DNA of 64,000 bases, from positions 7,231 through 71,230 of IMG/VR virus record IMGVR_UViG_2870517152_000001, one strand, 5' to 3'. The DNA comes from a virus. Its lineage: Duplodnaviria; Caudoviricetes. The notes beneath the pieces were generated by a model. That model saw nothing but the letters and a program-made list of their open reading frames with translations, searched no databases and was not told the origin of the DNA. Shown in pieces: positions 9,169-18,468 of this stretch (its first letter is position 1; every line of letters starts with the position of its first letter). A program made the position numbers and the translations under genes.

Positions 9169-9393
9169 GTGAGCAGGTGGTACGGCCCCAACGGGATCGA
9201 GGTGGAGCGCATCCTGCTCGACCGCGGCCACGGGGCCCGCCAGGTGCTGCGCGTGACCCAGCGCGGTCCAATCCGCGACATCGTGCTCGCCTACGCGGAG
9301 ACCGTGGACGAGGTCGGAAAGCTCGTCCCTCTCGCCGACTTGGTGGAGGTCTACCAGCTACCCGGGCGCCGAGAGTCGGCCAATGTCCCGTAA
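9169..9393 (+). CDS. Hypothetical protein (74 aa)
   Basis: GTG start; followed directly by a terminator. Confidence 0.5.
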   Translation: MSRWYGPNGIEVERILLDRGHGARQVLRVTQRGPIRDIVLAYAETVDEVGKLVPLADLVEVYQLPGRRESANVP

Positions 9394-9396
9394 CGC

Positions 9397-9430
9397 CTGA
9401 AGCCCACCCCCTTGCGGAGGTGGGCTTCAG
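9397..9430. terminator. Hairpin terminator between convergent genes
   Basis: 12-bp stem CTGAAGCCCACC / GGTGGGCTTCAG. Confidence 0.65.
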
Positions 9431-9473
9431 TTCCAGGCAGCGGCACCCTATGGGACCTAGGCGGCGCCGGCGC

Positions 9474-9755
9474 TCATGCGCCAGCCCTGGCCGCCTTCCG
9501 CAGCGCCTTCTCGGCCCCGAGCGGGTCCGGCTGCTCGCCCCACCACGGCAGATCCCGCAGCGCGAAGAGGAGTCGCATCCGCTCGGCCCGCGCTTCGTGC
9601 CACGCCTGCCGCTGCTCGTCGCTGATCTCGGCCTCGCCGGCGACGATCGCGACCGAGGACGGCAGGCTGGCGACGATCTCATGGACACGGGCGTCCGCGG
9701 CGTCGTAGGCGCGCTGTGCTGCGATGACGTCGTCCGGTATCTCGATGTCGGCCAT
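9474..9755 (-). CDS. Hypothetical helical protein (93 aa)
   Basis: MADIEIPDDVIAAQRAYDAA...; GGGGA upstream. Confidence 0.6.
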   Translation of the reverse strand: MADIEIPDDVIAAQRAYDAADARVHEIVASLPSSVAIVAGEAEISDEQRQAWHEARAERMRLLFALRDLPWWGEQPDPLGAEKALRKAARAGA

Positions 9756-9862
9756 GACATTTCCCCCAGGTGGTGCGCGGCGTGGCGATTCTACGCGCAC
9801 CCAGAGCGGTGGCCTGCGCCGACATGCGGCGGACGATCATCCCGTCGGGCCACGATGGCGGG

Positions 9863-10030
9863 ATGAGCGACGAGCACATGCTGCCGAGCGAAGACCCGGA
9901 CCTGGCCGAGGTGTGGAAGCAGATGACGCCGACGGAACGACTGCAGTACCAGCTCGCCGAGGGCGAGCCGGTGCCGGAGGAACTGCGGGAGCGGGTGCGC
10001 CGCGCGTATCGGGAGCGACGCGGCGACTGA
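9863..10030 (+). CDS. Hypothetical protein (55 aa)
   Basis: Protein-like composition; start uncertain. Confidence 0.4.
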   Translation: MSDEHMLPSEDPDLAEVWKQMTPTERLQYQLAEGEPVPEELRERVRRAYRERRGD

Positions 10031-10063
10031 CCACCGGGCAAAAAGCGCCGGACAAGTAACCAT

Positions 10064-10867
10064 GTGACGACATACCGTAGCCCGGTGAGTCAGGCAAACC
10101 TGGATTTCCTCGCGCACCTCTTCGATGTCGTGGAGTCACTCACCGAGCGCGCCGACCAGCAGATCAGCTTCGGGCTGGACGAGGTTGGTCCGACCAGCTC
10201 GCTGGCGCAGGACGACGTCGGCATGGACGGGTTCAAGGTCTCCATCATGGTGATGAGCTCCATCGGAAGCGCCCTCGATCATGCGATCACTCTTCGCTCC
10301 CTCGTCACAAAGGCCGGAGAGGTCACCAACGCCGCGCCGTGGACACTGCTGCGCGGGGTGATCGAACCGAGTTCCCTCGCCGTGTGGATCCTCGACGCCA
10401 CCAGTCGGGTACATCGTCAGGAACGAGCGCTGCGAGTGTGGCGCCACGACATGCATGAGCGCTCCAACTGGGAAAAGGACACCGGCTTCGTCCCCACTCC
10501 GCCCGGCAAGAAGGCCACGGATCGCATGAAGCAGATCGACGAGATCGTCCAGCGGTTGGGGCTCCGCCCCCAGCAGGTCGCACAGAAGCTGTACTACTCC
10601 CACACTGTGCGCGACGCTGGCGAGGCGGCGGGGATGCCGGGCGCCGCGGCGCGGGCCCGGTGGCGCGAATGCTCCGGGTTCGCCCACGGGCGGAACTGGT
10701 CCTCGATGAGGCTCAGCCAGCCCATCGCCGCGACACGACTGCGCGACCGTGACGGCGCGATGGTCGCCCTGACGCTGAACGAGACGCACTTGGAGGGCGT
10801 GGCTGATCTGGCGACGACCTTGCTCAACAAGGCGCTGAGCGACTACGCCGACGCCGCCAACGGATAA
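10064..10867 (+). CDS. Hypothetical cargo protein, possible HEPN-like (DUF5677-like) fold
   Basis: All-helical 267 aa with R-x-x-x-E and RECSGFAHG motifs; family assignment from memory only. Confidence 0.4.
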   Translation: MTTYRSPVSQANLDFLAHLFDVVESLTERADQQISFGLDEVGPTSSLAQDDVGMDGFKVSIMVMSSIGSALDHAITLRSLVTKAGEVTNAAPWTLLRGVIEPSSLAVWILDATSRVHRQERALRVWRHDMHERSNWEKDTGFVPTPPGKKATDRMKQIDEIVQRLGLRPQQVAQKLYYSHTVRDAGEAAGMPGAAARARWRECSGFAHGRNWSSMRLSQPIAATRLRDRDGAMVALTLNETHLEGVADLATTLLNKALSDYADAANG

Positions 10868-10888
10868 CCCCACCAGCCACAACGAAGC

Positions 10889-10923
10889 AGCCCCCGCCAC
10901 CCCGCGAAGGGGTGGCGGGGGCT
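10889..10923. terminator. Bidirectional terminator ending the phage late operon
   Basis: 15-bp perfect stem AGCCCCCGCCACCCC / GGGGTGGCGGGGGCT between convergent genes. Confidence 0.75.
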
Positions 10924-10965
10924 CTCGTACGCCCGGGCTGGGTGGGCGCCAGCGCGGGCGAGCTC

Positions 10966-11331
10966 TCAGGCGTGGACGCCCGGCGGGTACGACGACGTGG
11001 ACGGCGCCGGCGACACGTTGGCCCGCAGCAGCAGACCGAGCACCGCTGACACGAGCAGCACGAACGCGCCCGACTGCTGCTCCGTCAACGGCAGCCCGAA
11101 CGACGCCAGGCCAGCCAGGATCGTGGACAGGGCGCCGGTCAGCGCCGACACCACCCACGGCCGGGTGAGCACGGCGACGACCAGCGCGACCACGCCGGAC
11201 GCGATCGTCATCACCCAGCCGGCGGACTCCTCGGTGAGGCCGACGGCGGGGATGGTGACCAGGAACGCGACCGCCGCGTTGATCACGTACAGGATGACGG
11301 CGGGCTCCTGCCCGAAAATCTTGACCTGCAT
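10966..11331 (-). CDS. Holin
   Basis: GAGGAGGG RBS; four TM helices starting KIFGQEPA; follows the endolysin. Confidence 0.75.
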   Translation of the reverse strand: MQVKIFGQEPAVILYVINAAVAFLVTIPAVGLTEESAGWVMTIASGVVALVVAVLTRPWVVSALTGALSTILAGLASFGLPLTEQQSGAFVLLVSAVLGLLLRANVSPAPSTSSYPPGVHA

Positions 11332-11432
11332 GGGCCCCTCCTCAGGGGATGCGCCGCCCCTCGCGCGGGGGCGGAAATCTGGAACCGAAGGCCCGTGCTG
11401 TCGTTGCAGGTACAGCCGGGCCAGATCGTCGA

Positions 11433-12221
11433 TCACGACTTCTCGGGTGGGCGCCACGACCACGTCATCGCCCACGTGTCCCGGTCCACCTCGCCGGTGG
11501 CGGGCAGCCCGGTCGCCTTCTGGAAGCCGCGGCACACCGTCCGCGACTGCGCGCCGTACCAGCCGTCCACGTCGATGCCCCAGCCGCGCGCGGCCATCTT
11601 GGCCTGCCACGTCTTCACGTCGTCGCCACGCTGCATCGGCTCCGACACCTTGAGCGTGCGGCCGGGCCACTGCGGGACGCCGTCCTTCACCACAACCTTC
11701 GGCGGCTCCTCGGCGTCGCCGCGGACGAGCTCCATGAAGTGATCCCACGGGAACCCGCTGCCCGGGTCGGAGTGGTCGGTCTGCCCGAACGCCTTGCTGA
11801 CGTCGACGTGCCCGCAGATCCCCGCCTTGCCCGCCTTCACCTGCGCCACCGACAGGCGGCGCAGCGGCACATCCCAGCGGGCCGCGACCTGCCGCACCAG
11901 CGCCGCGGCGCGCCGGAGCATGGCCTCGTGCTCGTCGTCCCGCCAGCGGGCGCTGGAGCCCTTCTGCGGGTCGCACAGCTCGACGCCGATGCTCCCGGTG
12001 TTCGGCGGGGCGTGGTAGGCGACGACGTTCTCCCGCACCGAGGCGACGACCTCGCCCGGGTCGACCGTGTAGTGGGCGCTGCCGCCAGCGCCCGCCGACT
12101 GGAAGTAGCGGGCCACCGCCCGGGCGCCGCCTTCGACGCAGGGGGAGACAGTGGCGTGGATGACGATCCTGGTGACGCGGGTCTGGGTGCCGCCGTGCTT
12201 GGCGGCCGGCATGTACTTCAC
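11433..12221 (-). CDS. Endolysin: N-acetylmuramoyl-L-alanine amidase plus peptidoglycan-binding domain
   Basis: IVIHAT...SAHY...AYHA...SIGVE...CGH...HSDPG Zn-amidase motifs; C-terminal DGWYG...FQ...G PG-binding repeat. Confidence 0.92.
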   Translation of the reverse strand: MKYMPAAKHGGTQTRVTRIVIHATVSPCVEGGARAVARYFQSAGAGGSAHYTVDPGEVVASVRENVVAYHAPPNTGSIGVELCDPQKGSSARWRDDEHEAMLRRAAALVRQVAARWDVPLRRLSVAQVKAGKAGICGHVDVSKAFGQTDHSDPGSGFPWDHFMELVRGDAEEPPKVVVKDGVPQWPGRTLKVSEPMQRGDDVKTWQAKMAARGWGIDVDGWYGAQSRTVCRGFQKATGLPATGEVDRDTWAMTWSWRPPEKS

Positions 12222-12230
12222 GAGGGCTCC

Positions 12231-12800
12231 TTACTGTGGCTGGCAGGTGTAGGTGGCGGAGCCGGGGTCTGCGGGTGTGCACCGGTAGGTCACTCCGAGA
12301 TAGGTGAAGGACCAGCCCGACGACGGCGGCCCAGGCTCACCCCGCGGACCCGGGTCGCCGTCCCGGCCGTCCTTGCCGTCTTGGCCGTCCGCCCCCGGCT
12401 CACCGGGTTCTCCGCGCGGCCCTGGAGGGCCCGTGACGGCCGGTCCCGGATCGCCCTTGGGCCCGGGGCTGCCCTGCGGCCCGGCCGGCCCAGGCGGCCC
12501 CGTAGGCCCCCTCTCGCCGTCGCGGCCGTCTTCGCCGTCACGGCCCCGGGCGCCCGCCGTACCTGTCGGCCCGGGCGCTCCGCGCTCGCCGCGCGGCCCC
12601 GGCGACGGTGAGACGAGCGGCACCCCGCCGAGCTTCTCGACCTGATCGGACAGCACCGCCCGATCGTCCTCGGCCTGCCGCACCCGGTCGCCGAGCGCGT
12701 GGATCTGCATCGACACCACCACCGCGAGTGCGGACAGCGTGGCGCCGGCGGCGAGCAGCAGCCAGTTCAACCGGATCCTGCGTACGTGCGCGCCCATCAC
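12231..12800 (-). CDS. Membrane-anchored collagen-like protein of the lysis cassette
   Basis: N-terminal TM, short coiled coil, about 90 aa of Gly-X-Y, C-terminal Cys pair. Confidence 0.8.
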   Translation of the reverse strand: MMGAHVRRIRLNWLLLAAGATLSALAVVVSMQIHALGDRVRQAEDDRAVLSDQVEKLGGVPLVSPSPGPRGERGAPGPTGTAGARGRDGEDGRDGERGPTGPPGPAGPQGSPGPKGDPGPAVTGPPGPRGEPGEPGADGQDGKDGRDGDPGPRGEPGPPSSGWSFTYLGVTYRCTPADPGSATYTCQPQ

Positions 12801-13117
12801 GCCCCCCGCAGGGCGATCCAGATTTGCACCACGATGCCGAGCAGCACGAGCACCGCCGGCAACACGCCGGCGTACACGGCCTGCCGCATGTTGCTGCCGC
12901 GCCGCTCCGCCGCGGCGTCGATCGCCGCCTTCAACGCCTTCACGTCCTCGGCCAAGACGCGCTGCACATCGGCGACGTCCTTCTCGACCTCGACGAAGCG
13001 GCGCTCGATGAGGCGCTGCTCGGCGGTGTACTCGGTGCGGGTGACCAGCTGGGCGTACATGGCGGTCACTCCGTCAAGCCGGCGGGAGAGCTCGCCCGGG
13101 GAAGGGGCATCCGTCAC
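12797..13117 (-). CDS. Coiled-coil plus C-terminal TM protein of the lysis cassette
   Basis: Heptad region then hydrophobic tail; overlaps the next gene start. Confidence 0.7.
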   Translation of the reverse strand: MTDAPSPGELSRRLDGVTAMYAQLVTRTEYTAEQRLIERRFVEVEKDVADVQRVLAEDVKALKAAIDAAAERRGSNMRQAVYAGVLPAVLVLLGIVVQIWIALRGA

Positions 13118-13147
13118 GTCACTCCTCGCCGTGGATCAGGGGAAGGG

Positions 13148-13168
13148 GGGTGCCGCCCGCCGGCACCC
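13148..13168. terminator. Short hairpin upstream of the lysis cassette
   Basis: GGGTGCCG / CGGCACCC stem, 5-nt loop. Confidence 0.35.
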
Positions 13169-13193
13169 TCAAACGGCAGGCGGCACGATCATG

Positions 13194-13209
13194 TGTCCGG
13201 ATCCGGACA
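13194..13209. promoter_or_regulatory. Perfect 16-bp palindrome, candidate operator
   Basis: TGTCCGGATCCGGACA in the intergenic region between divergent genes. Confidence 0.4.
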
Positions 13210-13274
13210 TGCAGCGGGTGTAAACCGAGGGGATGCTGGAGGCGTCTCACATGCCCCGGCCATTGGAGATCAAC

Positions 13275-13616
13275 GTGGGCTACCCGCAGCAGCCGCACGA
13301 CCCGTACCAGCAGTCAGGCCCCCAGTACGGCGGCCAGCCGTACCAGCCGCAGCCGTACAGCCAGCCGCACCTGCCGGCGCCCATGCCGCAGTACGGGCCG
13401 GTGCAGATGGTCACCGTCAGGGAGCGCGGGTTCAACCCGATCACGATGATCGTGCACGGCTGTCTGTGGGTGTTCGTTCACTGGTGGCTGGCCATACTGA
13501 CGATCGGGTTGTGGCTGCTCGTGGCGATCCCGGTGACGTTCATCGGCTGGAAGGTCACCCGCACGGTGCCGGTCCAGCAGCAGCACCAGCCGCCGCCGTA
13601 CCCGCCCCAGTACTAG
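13275..13616 (+). CDS. Counter-oriented Pro/Gln-rich membrane protein (moron)
   Basis: GGAG then GTG 13275; PQQPY-rich N-terminus and a hydrophobic hairpin. Confidence 0.65.
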   Translation: MGYPQQPHDPYQQSGPQYGGQPYQPQPYSQPHLPAPMPQYGPVQMVTVRERGFNPITMIVHGCLWVFVHWWLAILTIGLWLLVAIPVTFIGWKVTRTVPVQQQHQPPPYPPQY

Positions 13617-13792
13617 GCGCCCGGGCCTGCGGCGTGGAGCCGCTTGTTCTCGGCGGCCAGCTCGTCACGCTCATCCACGAGCTGCTGCACGAGCGCGCGC
13701 AGCTGAGCGTTCTCGTCCAGGGCCGCATTGCGCTGCCCAGCCGTCACCTTCAGCACGGCGTCAGTCGCCACGCTCAGCTGCGTCTCGTCCAC
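13613..13792 (-). CDS. Small coiled-coil phage protein (59 aa; not in the ORF track)
   Basis: GTG 13792 overlaps the upstream TAG; MDETQLSVATDAVLKVTAGQRNAALDENAQLRALVQQLVDERDELAAENKRLHAAGPGA. Confidence 0.6.
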   Translation of the reverse strand: MDETQLSVATDAVLKVTAGQRNAALDENAQLRALVQQLVDERDELAAENKRLHAAGPGA

Positions 13793-14346
13793 TACACATC
13801 CCTTCCAAGGGCGGCCTTCAGCCGCCTGCGAGTCTCTGCCATCACCTGGGGGTCCGGCCTATAGGTGGCCTTCAACGCCGCCAACCGCTCACCCGGATCC
13901 ACCTCGACCGCCTGGCCGGCGAGATCCAGCGCGTGCGGCGACGCGACACGCCGGCGCCCCGGCTTCGGCGCCGTCACCCGCACCGCGGTCTCCTTCACCC
14001 AGGCAACGCGCTCCAGGTGCGCCTCACGCGCATGCGATGTCGAGTCGGCATTGCCCAGCGTCACGGGCCTGCCGCCACGCACCATGCCCTTGCGCGCGGC
14101 CGGGTCGGTCGCGGCGTTGCGCCGCACACCCGGCTCCGGGACGTGGAGTTGGTGGAGTGCGACATCGAGCAGCGTGTCGATGTCGCCCGGGTCCATGCCG
14201 TACTCGACCGCCAGGTTCGCGAACGTACAGGCTGGCAGCGCGTACACGTACGGCGGGCCGCCCGGATTCGTCGTGTGGATCATCCACCATTCGGCGCCGT
14301 CCTCGCCCTCCCACAGGTAGGCGTCGACGATTTCGCGTTCGATCAT
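13792..14346 (-). CDS. Hypothetical tail-region protein
   Basis: ATGA overlap with the tail protein stop. Confidence 0.65.
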   Translation of the reverse strand: MIEREIVDAYLWEGEDGAEWWMIHTTNPGGPPYVYALPACTFANLAVEYGMDPGDIDTLLDVALHQLHVPEPGVRRNAATDPAARKGMVRGGRPVTLGNADSTSHAREAHLERVAWVKETAVRVTAPKPGRRRVASPHALDLAGQAVEVDPGERLAALKATYRPDPQVMAETRRRLKAALGRDV

Positions 14347-17279
14347 TGGTTCCACACCCAGTACATGACGTCGTATCCCGCTCCTGGCGGCGATGGGTAG
14401 GTGTCGAATCCGAAGCCGCCGCTGTTGCGGCTGGTGACGGACACGGCGTGCGGGCCGAAGATGTTGAACATCGTGGCCACCGGCAGAGCGGTGGCGCTGA
14501 AGGTGAACCCGTATCCGATGCTGCCGATAGTGCCGGCGCCGAAGCTGGCCAGCCCGCGAGCGAACGCGGCGCCGGAGCCGGGGCTGCCCATCTTGCCGAA
14601 GAAGTCGAGCCATCCGGCTTCCTTCGCCACGAGCCCGCTGATGATCGCAGCGCTCTCGGCGGTGATGGTCAGCTGGGCGACGTCCCGGGATAGCTGGACC
14701 GTGCCTTTACGGTCCGACACCAGCACAGAGCCGATCTGGATAGCGGGCGGATTGTCGCCGGTGAACGACGTGATGTAGTGGTACTGGGTGGCGTCCCGGT
14801 AGAAGCGAATCTCAGGGTTCGCACCGAACAGCGGATTCACCACCAGCCGCGCTGAGCTGCCGCTCACCGTGCTCGTGAGCCGCCCAGTCAGGTCGACATC
14901 GCCGGTTGACGCGGACACGGTGAAGGTGGCGCTGCCGCTGCTGTTGTAGGCGCGAAACCCGGTCGTGTCGAGTTCGATGCGGGCGCCTGACGTGGCCGAT
15001 CGCAGGGTGAAGCTGCCGGAGGAGCTGTCGATGGTGACGGTCTGGGTGCCGCCGCCGTTGAACGCCTTGAGCCCGGTCTCGTCCATCTGGATGCGGGCAC
15101 CACTGGCTCCCGATCGCAGCTCGAAGGAGCCGTCGATGTCGAGCCATACGGTCCGGATGCCGCCCGCGTTGAACAACTGGATACCGGTCACCGTGGACAT
15201 GTCCATACGGGCCCCGGTCGTGCCGCTCCGCAGGAAGAACTGCCCGTTCGTCTGCAGTTGGACGAGCGAGGTGCCCGCCCCGTTGTACATCTGCAGGCCG
15301 CTCGCGTTCATCTCGACTCGCGCGCCGGTGTCGGCCGTCTTGATGCGCGCACCGAGCACGATGTCGGCGGACAACGTCCCCGCCGTGATCTTCGTGGCTG
15401 TGAGGTTGCTGATGTGAGCGTCGTCGATGAGCAGAGCTGTCGCGGTGGCCGACGCCGATGCTGGGGACCGGTTGCCGGCCTCGTCTACGGCGATCACCCG
15501 GACCCAGCGCGCGGTGGTCTCCTCGACGTCCACGGTGGCGATGGCCGGGATCCCGGCTGTGAGCATGCCTGCGTGGGCGGCGACCTGGCCTTTCAGCGTG
15601 CTGGCATCCGCGGTGAATCCACTCGTGGAGCCGACGTGAATCTCCAGGTGGTGGAGGTCGAGTTCCAAGTTGTAGGTGCCGCCGCTGGCCTTGCCGAGCG
15701 TGTGCGTGATCTGGATCGCCAGCCGGGAGCCGGCCACCGTCGGCGCGGTCGGCGTTGAGGGTGGGATGGTGTCCGGGTTCGCCGTCGCCGTCTCGACGAC
15801 GCTCCATGCGCCCTGGTTGTTGCTGGAGTCCACCGCGCGGATCCGGAAGTCGTAGTCGACGCCGGGAGACAGGTCGAGAATCATTGCCTGGAGGTCGCCC
15901 CACGGGGCGTACGCGGTCTGCCAGTCGCTGGCGGGCGACACCCCGTACTGCACCTCGTAGTGGTGGCCGTCCAGGATCGTCGACCCGTCCACGTTCAACG
16001 GCAGTAGCCACTTGACCAGCATCTTCGCGCGCGTGTTGCCCAGCGCGTCCAGATAGACGCCGGACAGGAACGGCAGATCCCAGCTCACCACGCCAGGCAC
16101 CGTCGAGTCCGGGATCGGGCGCGGCCCCACCGGCTCCAGCCCGCCCGACGACAAGCTCCGCAGCAGCTCACCCACATCGACCGTGGTCTCGCCGCCCTCG
16201 AAGTCCACGTACGGCGTCAGATCCAGCCACACGCCGGCCTGGGACCGGTAGGCGACCGTCGACCCTTCACGCACCGGCCACGACGCGCCCGCCATCCGCA
16301 GCTTCACCGGGTTGATGCGTTCGCCCCGGAACGTGATCTCGTTCGCTGAGTCTTCCAGCCCGGAGTCGGGGTCGTACACCCACACCCAGTCGCCGACGCG
16401 GAAGGCGCCCTGAATGTCGTAATCGTCCGTAGTTAGCCGCATCGCGTTGCGGGTGCCGAGGTAGCGGTTGAGCTGGATCTGCGCGCGGGCGTTGGCGTTC
16501 CCGGGCGCGGTGCCGCTCTCGCTGATCAGGCGGACCCGCTTGACAGGCTGGCCCCTGAGATCCAGGTACGGATTCGCCGGGTGGTTCGCCGACCCGGTCG
16601 CAGTCGAGCTGCCCTCGCCCTCGGCCAGCACCACCACGCGGGTGGTGAAGTCATCGACGTCCCGGGCCAACGCCATGTCACCGCGCAGCCCGTGCATGGT
16701 CAGGTCGTCGCCGTCGGTGTGCCGGTTCGGCCGGCGGCGCACGATGACACACGTCGGAGTCGCCTGGAAGAGGGAGGCGGCGGGGCCGGCGTCGAGCTTG
16801 CCGTCGCCGTTGACGCGCCACTCGGCGCCCATCGTCGAGCACACGTAGTCGATCGCCTTGCGCCTGCTCTGCCACTGGTGGCGGCCCGTGTAGGCGCCCG
16901 CGATGCCGCTGTAGAGCGTGCCCTCCACGACCGCGGTCCCGGCGCCGAGCAGCGCGCGGATCGCGTTCGGGAACGTCTGCGCGGTGATCTGCACCGGCGA
17001 TTCGAGGACGTCGCCCTTGTCGTCGGCATCCCCGAGCCACACCGCCGTGGATTGGCCGGCGATGGTTTTGCGCAGGTGGTCGAAGTCGCGGCCGGTGAGT
17101 ACGCCGACGTAGCGGGCCATCGTGAGCAGGCTGTCGCCGTACTCCGCGGGGTTGACCCGGCCGGGCACGATCGCGACGTGGCCGAAGAAGCCGAGCTGGT
17201 CGGTGATCGTCTTCGGGGTCTCGTCCACGAGGACGAGGCTCCACGAGCCGAGCCCCATCAGGACTTCGTTGACCGGCAC
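14343..17279 (-). CDS. Minor tail protein / central fibre (hub-like N-terminus, FN3 domain, beta repeats)
   Basis: Follows the distal-tail gene; FN3 motif LSPGVDYDFRIRAVD; four ~37-aa SGARI..G...N..G repeats. Confidence 0.8.
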   Translation of the reverse strand: MPVNEVLMGLGSWSLVLVDETPKTITDQLGFFGHVAIVPGRVNPAEYGDSLLTMARYVGVLTGRDFDHLRKTIAGQSTAVWLGDADDKGDVLESPVQITAQTFPNAIRALLGAGTAVVEGTLYSGIAGAYTGRHQWQSRRKAIDYVCSTMGAEWRVNGDGKLDAGPAASLFQATPTCVIVRRRPNRHTDGDDLTMHGLRGDMALARDVDDFTTRVVVLAEGEGSSTATGSANHPANPYLDLRGQPVKRVRLISESGTAPGNANARAQIQLNRYLGTRNAMRLTTDDYDIQGAFRVGDWVWVYDPDSGLEDSANEITFRGERINPVKLRMAGASWPVREGSTVAYRSQAGVWLDLTPYVDFEGGETTVDVGELLRSLSSGGLEPVGPRPIPDSTVPGVVSWDLPFLSGVYLDALGNTRAKMLVKWLLPLNVDGSTILDGHHYEVQYGVSPASDWQTAYAPWGDLQAMILDLSPGVDYDFRIRAVDSSNNQGAWSVVETATANPDTIPPSTPTAPTVAGSRLAIQITHTLGKASGGTYNLELDLHHLEIHVGSTSGFTADASTLKGQVAAHAGMLTAGIPAIATVDVEETTARWVRVIAVDEAGNRSPASASATATALLIDDAHISNLTATKITAGTLSADIVLGARIKTADTGARVEMNASGLQMYNGAGTSLVQLQTNGQFFLRSGTTGARMDMSTVTGIQLFNAGGIRTVWLDIDGSFELRSGASGARIQMDETGLKAFNGGGTQTVTIDSSSGSFTLRSATSGARIELDTTGFRAYNSSGSATFTVSASTGDVDLTGRLTSTVSGSSARLVVNPLFGANPEIRFYRDATQYHYITSFTGDNPPAIQIGSVLVSDRKGTVQLSRDVAQLTITAESAAIISGLVAKEAGWLDFFGKMGSPGSGAAFARGLASFGAGTIGSIGYGFTFSATALPVATMFNIFGPHAVSVTSRNSGGFGFDTYPSPPGAGYDVMYWVWNQ

Positions 17280-17283
17280 CTGG

Positions 17284-18468
17284 TCACCTCCTCACGGCCG
17301 CGACAACCTCGGGCAGCGCGCCGAGGTACTGATCCCTGAGGTTGGTGGCCTGATCGCCCGACACCGCGCTGCCGCCACCAGCCACCGCGCCGAGGAAGAA
17401 GTCCATCGCCGTCGAGCTCGTCTTCGTCAGGCCCCCGCTCGCGTGCGGGTCGAAGTTGCGGGCGCTACCTGCGATGACGCGGTTGCCGTCGCCGTCGTCG
17501 GCCGCGCGCACCACGTACGAGGTGGCATCCGTGCACGTCTCCGCGCTGGCGAGGTAGACCGACATGGTGCCGGAGTCGCCCCGCTGTAGGTATCCCTCCA
17601 CGAAGCGGCTACCGCGGCGCAGGGTGAGGTCCAGGTAGGCGCGGCCGACCGGTGAGCGGCGGACAGCCAGCCGCACGATGCAGCTCTCCAGATCGTTGCG
17701 CAGCACGGACGCCGAGTCCCAGCCGGTGACCTGGGTGCCGCCGATGTCGATCCACCACCGCTTGGGCCGCCACGCGCCGCCGGTGAAGCTGGCTACCTCC
17801 AGGCTCCCGCCGCTGGCCAAGGGCCGGACGCGGACGAGCCCGTTGGACAGCTCCCAGCCGTCCTCGTCCAGCGGGTGTGCGGTGCCGACCCGCTCGGTAC
17901 CGCCGGTCAGGACCCGCACTCGGCCGCGCAGGTAGTCCTCCACGCGGCAGCCCCACCGCGGCGACACGCCCGCGGGCACGCCGCGGTAGACGGTCATCAC
18001 GCCGTCGGTGGTGGTACGGGTCATCGTGGACGGCAGCGTGCTGCCGGAGTAGTAGGCGAAGTGCCCGATCGGCGGCGCGTGCCAGCATTCGCCCGCCAGC
18101 GAGAAGTCGTTCGCGCGGACGGCGCCGGCGAGCCGCGATTCCAGGTCGACGTCGGTGTCCGGGCCGTGCCGTTGCAGGCTGATTTTCCATGCGATCTCGG
18201 TGATGCCTTGCCGCTTCCGGTCTTTCACGTCGCCGGACGCGCTGGAGATCGTGTAGTAGCCGTTGCGCTCCGACTTCTCTTCCCAGATCGCCTGCACGAG
18301 TCCGCCCTGGCCGCCGAGCACGCCGTCGAAGCGGTCCCACACCTCATCCCGGCTGATCATCGGGCAGACCTCGACGCCGTCGATATGCAGCGACCAGCCC
18401 TGGTAGGCGCTCTCGGTGAGCGTCATCGTCTCCCGCAGCACCAGGCGGCCGAGCTGGAGATCAGCCAT
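17284..18468 (-). CDS. Minor tail protein (distal-tail position)
   Basis: Directly after the tape measure gene, overlapping its stop; start reassigned to ATG 18468. Confidence 0.7.
   Translation of the reverse strand: MADLQLGRLVLRETMTLTESAYQGWSLHIDGVEVCPMISRDEVWDRFDGVLGGQGGLVQAIWEEKSERNGYYTISSASGDVKDRKRQGITEIAWKISLQRHGPDTDVDLESRLAGAVRANDFSLAGECWHAPPIGHFAYYSGSTLPSTMTRTTTDGVMTVYRGVPAGVSPRWGCRVEDYLRGRVRVLTGGTERVGTAHPLDEDGWELSNGLVRVRPLASGGSLEVASFTGGAWRPKRWWIDIGGTQVTGWDSASVLRNDLESCIVRLAVRRSPVGRAYLDLTLRRGSRFVEGYLQRGDSGTMSVYLASAETCTDATSYVVRAADDGDGNRVIAGSARNFDPHASGGLTKTSSTAMDFFLGAVAGGGSAVSGDQATNLRDQYLGALPEVVAAVRR

Noticed and set aside
12350-12620. Eukaryote-derived collagen gene
   Set aside because: Gly-X-Y proteins are common in actinophage lysis and tail regions, and codon style matches the phage.
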